DNA of 64,000 nt from Paragordius varius (Eukaryota; Animalia; Nematomorpha), in the NCBI GenBank assembly GCA_964247055.1, contig OZ176050.1:6758001-6822000 (forward strand), in the 5' to 3' direction. The position numbers and the translations under genes are program-made. The stretch's first letter is position 1, and the number at the start of each line of letters is the position of its first letter. Under the pieces are notes generated by a model. It ran no database searches and was not told where the DNA came from. It worked only from the letters and a program-made list of their open reading frames with translations. Shown piece after piece: positions 38,301-50,233 of this stretch.

Positions 38301-41053
38301 CATATCTAAATTATAAATTATTATGATACATTTGTCATCTAAAATAATGTTTCCTTCCTTTTCCAATAACAACGACAATAAATCATGGGTAACTTTAACA
38401 TGCGTTTGGGTATCCCTACCTATTTCAGTTATTGAGGGGCATCTTTGAAGAATAAGGTTAAAATTTTTGGCATAATTGATGTTTTCTAAAATAATTTCAA
38501 AAAATTTATGCTAATTTCAGGATTAAAATTAAACATTATTTGGTTTCACTTTTTGTTGCAATATTTTGTGTTTGCAGGTTCTACATGTTTTTCGGGAAAA
38601 AACGGTTTTAAACCAAATTTTTTCGGTTCCAAAAAACTTGGTTCCGGTTCCAATCCCTACATATATATATGTCCATAAAAATGCCTATTATTCAATAACC
38701 TTACCATAATCAAATGGCTCCCAAAATTTAGGTATATTATGTTTGCAGTGTGATAAAACATTAACAAAAACATGTTGGATTATTTTAGTGGCATGTTCAG
38801 GAATCATTGGTAAGAATGTTTCTTCACAGGCACCTCTTTGATTAGAATCCGGTAATAAACCATCTTTTTCATCGATATCCATGTCCATTAAATCGTCAGA
38901 AACTATTTTTCCTACCGTACTTTTTTGATTAGATATGCGGGCAACAAATGAATCAGTGGTGTTTTGTGTTAAAATAGGACACACCATTAACATTACAATC
39001 GTTTGAAACGTTTCTAATCCTTGAGGAGTTTCAAATAACACCTTTTCAAGATAATCATAAAATTGTTTGCTCTTATTATCGGCTTCATCTAATTTATCTC
39101 CGCAATAAATTGGCCTTAAAGATTCTTCTATACTTTTCATAATTTTACAAATTTTATCGTGATCCGATGAAGTTATTCCATCAGGCGATATGAAATATAG
39201 TAATAAATCAAAAGCGCGAATAACAGTTAGTAAGCGTTTGAAAATTAAAAATTCTTCCTCTAAATGCGTTATATTGGTCTGTCTTATAACTTTATCTAAA
39301 CAGGCCTTTAAAATACTTATAAAAATTGGTCTATCATAATATAATACCATTAATGAGGCACCATTTAACGTAAAAACGTTTTTTATAATTCTCAAAATGG
39401 TTTCTAATAAATTTTCAATGGATAGATTGGTATCGGAACTTTTTATGCCGTTTTCATCTGTTAATACCCAGTGATCAATTATAGATCGGATGATAAACCA
39501 AAAATTGGTATATTTAAGAAGGGTGATTAAAATTGATGGAAACTGTTGGTCATCGATTTGAATCAAATACGTATCTAGATCAATAAAAAAGGAGGCAGTT
39601 TTTAAATAATTTTCTAAAACATTCAGAGATTCCATGAAATCGTGTTTAAAGTTTTCATTTAATGTAGACGGAATATTGGTATATGTTGCTTTAAATTGTG
39701 TTAAATATTCCAAAAAATTGATTGCTTTAATCAGGCCTAATAAGTAGTCTGAGTCATCTAAAGTTTTATTAGTCTTATAGACAAATTCTTTAATGTAATT
39801 CAATAATTTCATGAGAAATTCAGTATATATCAGGGCATAATTGGACACATTTTCATCGTATTTATGGGACGAAGAAAGGATTAATTGAATGATTAGAGCT
39901 TTAATAATATCTTTAGAATCATTTTTCATGCAATCGTTATCAATAAAATTAATAATATTATTAAAACCCTTTAAAATAATTTGATTAACAGCGTTTGATT
40001 GCCAAATTAAATGACAAAAAATGTTGTATAATCTTTTAGGATCAGATATAGGATTAGATTGAAGCATTTTGAATAAAAAATCATACAAAGGTTGAAAAAC
40101 GACAATATTCTCTGTTTCCGAAAGTGTTTTGGTGTCTATTTTGTCAAGCAACATTAATAATTTCTTTTCAAAATTTATAAAATCGTTTGATGACAGATGG
40201 ATATCATATAATAATGATTCCAATTCTTTTTCAATCTTTTGTTTATCGTTGGCAAATATATTTTCATTCTCAGACAACCTATTTAATCTGTCAATAATTT
40301 GATTTGCTTTCAATTTTCCAACAGAGGTATACAATGATAATAATGAATTGGATTTAAGTTCTAACGAAGGATCAATAAAGGTCAGAAGATGTATTTTATC
40401 TAATAGTTAAAAAAGAAGTAACCTTTGTTTAAAAGTCCAATATCATCACCCATAATTTTTTTGTTTAAATTATGACTAAAAATATTATTCAACTTTACTC
40501 GATCATATAATAGGCCAGAATTATATCTAAAATATTAAAAAGTTTACCTCGCTCATTTTTGAAAATGGTAGGACTTTTTCGAATTCCAATAACAGTTCGC
40601 CCAATTATTGCCAAAGAAAGACAATTATATTTGCCTAATATATTAAAAATTCTCACCTTGAACAATCAATCCGTCGCTAACAACTTGTTCCGATCTGATA
40701 CAAAAATTTTCCGTATTATAATCTTAAATAAAAAATAAGGCAACTTAATTTGGCTAGAGGGCTAAACGTAGATGTTTTAAGGTTATCTTCTTGAACATTA
40801 TTTGCAAAGAATCTTAAATCGATATTTGAAGGTAATGTAGCTCTATTAATATAAAGATTTTTAACCCAACACGGTATTTTCCTGGCAATAGGGTTTCGAT
40901 CATGTAACCTAAGGGTAAAACGCGTATTTCATCAACTATAACTGGTTCATCAAACTTAATAAAATCAACATTGGGACCATATTTTTCATAATGGCAAAAT
41001 GTTTCAAATAATAATAATTTTGTTTCTGAGGTCTCAAAATCCATAAGTGCCAT
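35372..41053 (-). CDS. VIRMA: Protein virilizer homolog (m6A methyltransferase complex subunit)
   Basis: The N-terminal VIR_N domain (LLLFETFCH...DFIKFDEPVIVDEIRVLPLG...SDGLIVQGKYNCLSLAIIG) is recovered only after removing tiny introns. Exons 41053-40866, 40842-40745, 40722-40657, 40634-40548, 40526-40499, 40475-40423, 40399-38705, 38419-38160, 38122-37957, 37847-37602, 37519-37396, 37175-36971, 36882-36762, 36656-36472, 36210-35901, 35740-35629 and 35460-35372. Identity rests on the N-terminus; the 3' end is uncertain. Confidence 0.8.
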
Positions 41054-41741
41054 GCGTTATAATTTTGCATACCTTTGGACAACTGTTTATGTTTTTAAAT
41101 ACACTGCAAATTGGGGTGTATAAAAAAATAACCTGATCAAATATATAATCCTTGATAGATTATGAGGAGTTAATGGTGCTTTTGGTTTTGGCCATTACAA
41201 GTGGTATAAAAAAGTTCACTTTTGTGGTAAGGGCTCCATATCAGAAAATAGCCAAATTTATGTAGATTTAAATAAAAATTTTATGGTAAAAGCTATGCTT
41301 TCCAAAAATATTATGAAAATATATTATAAACTACCTATAAGAACCAAAACAATATTTACAAAAAAATTAATTTTTAGATGTGACCTTAAAAAGTTTCAAA
41401 TTCTCTTGCTCGTGTAAATGGGCTTGTTCACTTAAAACTCAAAAATGCTATAATGCGATTTAAAATTTTAATATCTGTTATATTTTGAATCAACCAAAAA
41501 ATATTTTTTAAAAAATGCATTTTTAAAAATTTAATTTTTTGCATTATTTTGCTGAAGCGTACTTCATACCATTTTGAACCATGATGGAAATATAACTTTC
41601 TTATATTAGTCGTAAGGGCCAAAACTAAAAGAGCTTTTACAATCCTGATACATTTTCCTACCAGAATATATATATTTCAAAAGGTGGTTTTTGTGTTGAC
41701 ACTGTTATTTCCCAATAATATTTTACATCAGGGGTGTTGAA

Positions 41742-42286
41742 CACTTGGATACAACATATTCATTTCAGTCCTTTGAATTGGGGTAGTTGGATACTCCAGG
41801 CCTGTTTAAAAATAAATTCATTGAAAAATATGGAAGAAATCGAAACCATGGCAAAATTACGCACTTATATAACATTGATAAAAATTAAAAAATTTTATTC
41901 AAAAATACTTGATATTACATATTTTAAGCTATAACCCAAAGGTCAAAATTTAGTCAACGTGGCATGTGTGCAATCGTAAAATTAAAAAATAATACAAAAT
42001 AACCCGCTTTTTCTATTTCTTTCAATGTTAGATGTTATTTAATTAAAATTTAACTTTAATTTTACCCTTAAAATTAAATAAAGACGATGCTTTTCAAAAA
42101 TTTTGTAAAATAAAAATGGCGTCTAAGTAGTCTGACATGGAACCCTTTTTCAAAACAAAACTTTATTTGGATATTTTGGCATAATTATATAATTTTTATT
42201 ATAGAAGCATAAATTTAAATTAAGACCGTTTCCAGTAGTTATATTTTAGTCTGGGGTATTTATATACCCCAATTTGAATTGAAGTG
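41742..42286 (-). mobile_element. piggyBac-derived MITE (same family as 5865-6429)
   Basis: CACTTGGATACAACATATTCATTTCAGTCC... aligns along its length to 5865-6429. Flanks are degenerate (TGAA / TTTA). Confidence 0.8.
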
Positions 42287-42653
42287 TTTATGCAAATGGC
42301 TTCAGGGGCTGTGTTCGAAAAATATAGCATAATAAACGCGCGACTGCAAAATAATCACCAACACAATAACGATTATTTTTAACAAATTTTGCGAGTTCTT
42401 TGTCAAAATTTGGATATATTCTTTCAGAAAATTTTAAGATAATTCAATTTTTCGAGAATTCGTTAGACCTGGAGAATTATTGAATGTTCGCAGGCCGGAT
42501 ATATGTCTTGGAGGCTAACGTGTTTTACAATCCTTAAAAATGTCCTGTGTACTTTATTATTTTATAACAATAATAAGTTTGACTAAGAGTTTTCTGATAA
42601 TGTAATTAATTTTTTAAAAAGTAAATATCTGATTTAACAATATTTTCTTTTAA

Positions 42654-43197
42654 CACTTTGATTCAAATTAGGGTTATCTATATACCCCACACCTAATTAA
42701 AGTTCATATTTATAAAAACTACAGAAAGAAACGGTTTTAGTTTAAATTTATGCTCCATCCTAATAAAAATTATATATATAAGCCAAATTATCTAAATAAA
42801 ATTTAGTTTTGGAAAAAATTTCCGTATCAAACTACTGGACGCCATTTTTATTTACATTTTGCAAAATATCGTGATTAGGTTTACTTTATTAAACCACATT
42901 TAAGATTAATAAAAACATAAATAGTGATATTTTGCAGTATTTTTATATTTAGCTTATACACATATGTCATAATGGCTAAATTTTTGGCTTTGGGCTTTAC
43001 CTCTGAATAAGTAATATTAAGTAATTTTAAATAAATTTTTTATTATATTTCGGCTGATTAGTGTTATATAAGTCCAAACTTTTGCCATGGTTTCAACTTA
43101 TTCAATATTTTTTAAAATATTTAATTTTTAGCAAGCCTGGGATATCTAACTACCCCAATATGAATCGAAGGACTGAGATGAATGTATTGTGTAAGTG
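42654..43197 (+). mobile_element. piggyBac-derived MITE, inverted relative to 41742-42286
   Basis: TTAA|CACTTTGATTCAAATTAGGG... to ...GAATCGAAGGACTGAGATGAATG...AAGTG; more diverged than the other copies. Confidence 0.75.
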
Positions 43198-44048
43198 CCA
43201 ATTGAAAATTACAGTATGAGCAAGTATACATTGCTAGAAAGCTATTAATTATTGCCAAATAGTAATTAGAACAAAGGGCAGAAATAATTATAAGCCAATA
43301 ATACTGCCCTTTGTTGTATTTACTATTTGGCAATAATAAATAACTTTATTATAATTACTCATACTTATATACACTGCCTCCAATATCGGAATGGAGAGAA
43401 AAATATCCAGATGAAATATATATATATATATATATATATATATTCTGATAGATAAATAAAAAATTCTAATGGTGCTTTTGGTTTTGGGGTTTTGGGACAC
43501 CAGACAACTTGCACGTTTGCGGTGTCAATATCGTAAAATCGCAATCTTAGGCATATGTTTGATAAAAAATTTTGGTAACAGATGAATGCCGCATGCCAAA
43601 AAGTATCATAAAAATATATACTATATTCAAAAAGCTAAAAATATTAATTTTTAGATAGGGGCTCCGAAAATCCCAAATTTTTTCGCCCTTCACTACAATA
43701 GGCTAGTTTTTGTAAACGCTAAAATGCTGATATTTCGTGATAAAAATTTTAATTTATGATATATTATGGCATCAAAAATATTTCAAAAAGCACTTTATAC
43801 TATTTTGAGGCATGATGGAAACGGTATCAAAACGCTTTATGATATTAAAAAATTTTAGTATATAATTCGATGATGCTAAACATTATCACCTCGGAAACAT
43901 CGATTTTGGAAACATCTTTGACGGCGATCCGGATCTGCGAATTCTTTATATTTAAATTATTGGAAAATTTTGAAAATCTTTATATACACAATCAGTAAAC
44001 ACAAAAATAGCTTGATGAAATAATCATCAGTTAAAAGAAACTTTTTAA

Positions 44049-44174
44049 CCAAACGCAACATTTTTTCAAGCAAACGCATTTCAGCATGGACAACTAAAAA
44101 ATGCGTTTGGATGAAAAAAATGTTGCGTTTGATTGAAAAATTGTTGCATGGAGTTGAAAAAATGTTGCGCTTGG
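44049..44174. mobile_element. 126-bp TTAA-flanked foldback MITE (piggyBac-like)
   Basis: TTAA|CCAAACGCAACATTTTTTCA ... TGAAAAAATGTTGCGCTTGG|TTAA, with internal copies of AAAATGTTGC. Confidence 0.65.
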
Positions 44175-45341
44175 TTAAAAGTGTTGTTTTTGACTGAAAA
44201 ATGGTATACATGTATATTTTTAGCAAAATATTAAGCGTAAATTTATTTTGAACATAAACGGTTTGATCACATTATAACATTAAAAAAAAACTTTTTATAA
44301 ATTTAAAATTTGATTAGAACATTTGTTGATCTTTAAATTTAATTGAATTCCTTTTTTAAAACTTTAAGACGAACAAATCGAAATTCTGAGGAAACAGTAA
44401 TGTTTTTTGTCATTACATTATAAGAGAAAGTGTTTTTATAATGTTTAAAGTGTTTTTGGACCGATCCGAGTATGCTCCAAAATGACATACATGTCAATAA
44501 AATTTTAAATTTTTAAACACATGTTTTTTAAAAAATATTTCTTTAATGTCATAATAATCATATACTAAAATTCTTATCGCGCCATCTCGGCACCTTTTTA
44601 TTAATTTTAAGAATAGAGGGGCCAAAAAGTATAGACTTTGGGGCTAACATCTAAAGTTAAGATTAAGTAAATTTATTGTTATGCTTTTTAAATATATTTT
44701 ATGCACTTTTATTTTATTATATACCAAAAAAATTTATTTAGTATTTTAATTTGGGTAAATCGATAAATAATTTGTAATAATTTTTTATCACTCTTAAGAC
44801 CCAAAGGCACCATAAGAATCCCGATACATTTTTTTATAAGAATTTATATATATTTCATCGATGTTATGCACTGTGCATATGAGATAAATAAAACAATTCG
44901 AATTTAATTGTTTAGTTAATTAGCAAACATCGATTTATTGGAATTTGAATCAATTTAAATAGAGAGCTTATAGTAAAACCTACTAAAAGATCGTAAATTT
45001 AACAATTCTGTATTTCACTAGCTTACCTTTTGGGGCAGTTTACATAGCGATTTTTAAATATATCTGTGATATTGAGCCAAATTTTAGAAATAAGCATCAT
45101 ATAACCTTTTGGAAGCATACTTCATCAAACATATATGACAAAATTGCAAAAATCCTTAAACCGTTTGCAGCCATAATCTTTTTTAGATATTTTATTTTAA
45201 TACCGGCATAAAAAACATCAAAACTCAAAATTAATTTGTTTTCACTGCAATTTCAGGTAATTATTGAACTCTAGAACAGCTCTAGTTTCTTATAGATACT
45301 CAAGTCTAGCCTGTAAAAGTTGTTAAATTGTTTAAATTAGA

Positions 45342-45380
<39 letters not shown>

Positions 45381-45392
45381 TTATACATATAA

Positions 45393-47441
45393 TCTATATA
45401 TTTATAAAAATGGAAAATGGTGGCTTTGTGATCTGTTTCCGGAAAACCGGTAGACCCATTCAAATCCAAATGTCGAAAAAAATCAATAATGAATGCCCCG
45501 ACAATAGCTTTGCCCTTTTTTGAATTAGGTCCCTGGGCCCATCCCGAAACTGTTTTTTTGAAAACAAGTCCACAAAATCGTGTCTTTGAGATAATTTTCC
45601 GGAAAACGTGTTGCCCCGTAAAATGCCATTTTTTTTGAAAAAAATCAAGTCAACAAATATAATATTTTAAATCTATTTTTCGCCTAAGATAGGAGACCGT
45701 TAAAATTCAATAAGGATTCCAGGTATTAACTGTTAAAATGCAAAAATTTTAGTCGTGCGTTTTTTTCATATTGGCTGCCGGGTAAAGAGATACCGGCTAA
45801 AAACTGCTACACCATATCGAAATTGCGTTGTTTAGGAGTTAATTTTTAGAAAACCTATCAGGCCATATGAGTTCAATAGGTGCTTAAAATCCCGTAAAAA
45901 GTCAAAAATTTTAGTCGTGCGGTTTTTTAAAATTAGCCGTTAATTAGGCCCTTCACGCCCTAAAAAAATGCGCCACCATAGAATGATTTTCTAGTTTTGA
46001 GGCATTTTTTTACAAAAGCTAATGAAAGCATGTGGAATCAATCATGATTCCAGGTATTCTCCGTAAAAACACAAAAATTCTAATCAAGCGCTTTTTGTAT
46101 CAGTCTCTGGGTAGGGAGCTACCCGCCTAAAACTGCGCCACCACGAAATTGCGTTGTTTAGGAGTTAATTTTTAGAAAACTGATCAGGCCACATAAGTTT
46201 TATATGGGCCTGAAATATTACCCGTAAAATAAGTCTAGCGGATTTTTTAAATTAGCGGTTAAATAGGCCCTTTACGCCCTAAAAATGCGCTATCATTGAA
46301 CTCTTATTTATTTTTGAAGCCATTCTTCCATAAACTATTAAGAACATATGGAATGAATGATGATTCCAGGTTTTCCCCTATAAAGGCAAATATTATCGAA
46401 CGTTTTTTCATATTGGCCTATGGGTAAGGGGCTACCCGCCTACAACTTCGTCACTATATCGATACAGCATGACTTTGGAGCCAAATTTTAGAAAACTATG
46501 AGATTATGTGAGTTCAATAAGGGCCTAAAATATTTATTACCCCTTAAAAAACAAATATTTTAGTATTGGGGGTTATTTAATTAAGTCAGTAAAGTTTTAT
46601 CCACTGAAAAATGCGCCGCTATAGAACAATTTTTTAGTTTTGAAGCAATACTTCCAAGAACTTATAGGAACATATGGACATTACGATTCCAGATATTCCC
46701 CATATAAAGACAAAAATTTTGCCCGACGCTTTTTTATACCTGCCTCTAGGCAAGAAGCTACCCGCCAAAAACTGTGCCATTATATAGAAATTGCGTTGTT
46801 TTGGAACTAATTTAAAACTTATGCCATATGAGCTCATTTAAAGTTCGAAATATTACCCGTAACTATGTAAAAATTAAGATCAGCTTTTTTGTATTAGCCG
46901 TTAATTTGGGGCCATTATGCCCAAAAAATACGCCATCATATAACGATATTTAGTGTTGAGGTATTTTTTCGAATAACCCATGAGACGATGGTCTCAAAGA
47001 TGATTCCAAATATTTTCCCTATCAAGGCAAAAAATTTAACTTAGCGCTTTTTCCATATAGGCCTATGGGTAGGGGTCTACCGGTTTAAAACTGAGAGGCC
47101 ATACAAAAATGGCATGGCTTTGGAGCTTATTATCAAAAAACTTAAGAAGCCACACGAGTTCAATAAAGGCTTTAAATATTACCCCTAAAAAGGTAAAATT
47201 TTAGTATAGCGGTTTTTTCTAGCCATCGATTTCGGGCCTTTACAAAACTAAGCAATATATTAGTATGAATGCACCGTTTTGAAAATCCTATGAGATCATG
47301 GCTATTAAATAATGTTTCGAAATAATCCACATATATGGATCATTTTATTGATCCCTTTTATCAAAGAGCCCCCCCCCCCCTCCCCTACCAGAAGTCCGAA
47401 GGACTCCCTCGGGCTGCGTAGCAGCGCGAGATTTACGCTAG
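45393..47441 (+). mobile_element. Non-autonomous Helitron, copy 2
   Basis: 5' A|TCTATATATTTATAAAAATGG; 3' hairpin CTCG-G-GCTGC-GTA-GCAGC-G-CGAG (47408-47430), then CTAG|T (47438-47441). Inserted between A and T within a TA microsatellite, with no TSD. Internal ~160-bp monomers at about 45800, 45963, 46130, 46281, 46442, 46607, 46767, 46923 and 47082. Confidence 0.88.
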
Positions 47442-50233
47442 TATATATATATATATATATATATAATAAATTAATCAAAATGCTTTTCAGTTTTATATTG
47501 TTATTAACAAAATTCTTAACTAAGTTATTACCCGGCGAATTGGGATAGCGACTACTCGGCTTTTTAACTTAGATTGATCGCCTTTTACCTTTTTGGACGA
47601 TGAATGATAATTTTAATAGGCGGAGTCTATTTTATAAATTAGCCCATCTTTGTCTTGAAAATAAACGATATGGCGACTGTTGGGAGGTTGATCCACATTT
47701 TTATGGCGCTCTTATATTCTAAATGAATTTAAAGGAGTATCCAATCATAAAATTAAATTCACTTAACCATAACCTGTGCCTCCATAAAATTTTCAGTAAT
47801 AAATTTAAACCAAATACCATACTCCCAATTTTTTTGATTTAACGCTAAATTCCGGAAAAATTTAAAAGCAACATTTAACATTTATCTATATGAAATATTC
47901 GGGAATGAGATTTATCTATTGCAAAAAGACAGTGAAACCTATTTAGGACGCTGGTCAGAACCAAATCATTGACCATTTTTTTAAAATATTGTTCGCGCAA
48001 TTTTGATTGCGAATGCGATTGTTCATGCTGGATTAACTAAAACATTTGATGTATAAAAAATGGTCTTCACAAAGGTTCTATATATATTCATATATAATAA
48101 AGCTAACAAATTATGGCCAAATACTTAACTCACTTTAAAGAATTATTAGCAATAAAATATATGCGTACGAAGTATTACAGAAATCTTATTACAAACAAAA
48201 ATCAAAAATGTCATATCTCAATTAGCAGGTGCGTGTTTATTACAGATAATCTTTCAATTTAAGTTTAAATCCATATTAATAATGAATATTAATTAGTAAT
48301 TATTATATAAATCTTATTTTTGACAGATATTTTTTGAAAATGAACATTCCTTGATCGGGACGTATAAGAGTTTTTTAAAAAAGCTCTTGATGAGGATGGC
48401 AATATATGAAAATATTTTAGGTGTTTTGTCTTTGATCATAACAATTGGAAGACTTTTGGGGATATGTTTTCAAATAACGCTTACAGGGTAAATAAAATAT
48501 CTGAACTAAATAAAATTTATTCATGCCTGCAAGTTTTCGAAAAAATGTATCAATATTTAACAAAATAGGGTCAATTTTATGGTGGGAGCTACACCCAGTA
48601 ACTAATTGTTGAACCCGCCCTACTATGCTCGTCTACTTGGTAAGAAGATGGGTGCAGTATTGGATAATACAATAGATTTCCAATGTAAAAATATAAATTA
48701 AATATTAGCCACTAAATAGCATTGTCTTGAACCGAGACCACCCAAATCAATCAAAATCTTCCAAAATTGTACTACCGGTTTCGATTGGTAAACCACTCTG
48801 GTTTTAATTTAACTTTCTCGAGAATAACCCTGTTTGGAATTTATGATAAGCCAAGTTGTTCCAGTTCCATACTCCAACATAGCTGGTTTCTATGTTGTTT
48901 TTCAGACAGAGGGAAAGATAAAATCTTAGTTTATAATACAACAATTCTAGCAGCAAAGATCGATTTTTTCATTATTTAAATAATCGATATAAATGCATAT
49001 TAAAACATAATACCATATATTAAACTTTTGATTTTGTTTTTTATTCTAATGGTAAAAATATAACAATTAACTCCATGCCAAAACGGAGACATGGAAAATA
49101 GGAAACCCTTAATTTCATTATTTGACTAAAATTATTATAGCTACAATCGTATTTCAAGTTTTAATCCACTCTAAATAACTTATGTTCAGAAGGATTAGTC
49201 TAAAAGATATTTATTTAAAAATTTAACTACAACTCTATATAGTATTTTGGGAATATCGTTAATACAATAATCTTTAATAAAAATACATTATTAAAAGGTA
49301 TATTTATTTGATATATTTATTTAATTGTCAAAATGTAATTTGAGAAAAAGGAATGCTTGATAAAAATTGATAAACTCAGCATCCAAGTTAAAACCGGTTC
49401 CAATCAATATCAACGATTTGGCATTTATTAAAACCCTTTTTTCATTTAAGGAAGGTTATACTTTCACCGCTAAGAAACCATTCTGGGTTTTAATTTTTTG
49501 GTGGTCAGAAGCTCCAACAAGTTCCCTTTATTGCCGCTTTGAATGCATATTTTAAATTAATTAAGAAATGGTAGTTTCATAATTATAATGCCAATCTGGT
49601 AAAATTATTTTATTTTGCTAAATGTTTTACTATTTAAACTTACTTAAAAAAGCTGGATAATTTTAAATTAGAGAATAATTTTAATGATAACTTTAACTTT
49701 TCTTATATCAAACAATATCATGCATTTGGCACAGTAAAAACTTATTTTTCGATTTGCCTAATTTAATTAGCTAGATGCATCAAATAATATAAATAATTGA
49801 AATCAGTTTATAAATCATCTAATCTAATCATACCTTAGAATATATATTTAATCAGCTAAAAGTATCTATAACAAATTATGAAAATTTCATAATTATTGTG
49901 TAATTAGTTCAAATATAATCCTCAATATATTCATATGTCTAAAATTATTTAAAACATAATTCCTAAGTAGGTTGTGATATCAAATTTCTCAGTTGATTAT
50001 AGTCATATACTAACGATTTGTATTTAATTTCTCAGGAATCTTTAGTTCTATATTTTTTTATGTCGTTTTTTATGGCATTGATACAGTTTTCTGTTCATTT
50101 TATTTAACTAAATAATTAAGTAAGTATAAGTATATTAAATAATTATCTTGTCAAAACATATGCACGTACTAAAGAAAATAAATTTATGTATTATGGCAAA
50201 GATATATTTAAATTCTTACTTTAAAACAAATAT

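Noticed and set aside
38560-38659. Single hAT-like end (TAGGGATTGGAACCGGAACC on the minus strand) in VIRMA intron 7
   Set aside because: No partner TIR or TSD was found, so the element cannot be delimited.
20528-41053. Genes interpreted as pseudogenes, programmed frameshifts, an alternative genetic code or sequencing errors
   Set aside because: Each break coincides with an AT-only segment bounded by GT(GC)...AG, and removing it restores frame and homology. Catalytic and conserved motifs are intact.
47570-48960. Short open stretches (e.g. CLENKRYGDCWEVDPHFYG) and ORF 48767-48979
   Set aside because: No recognisable homology or exon chain; probably decayed TE or gene debris.
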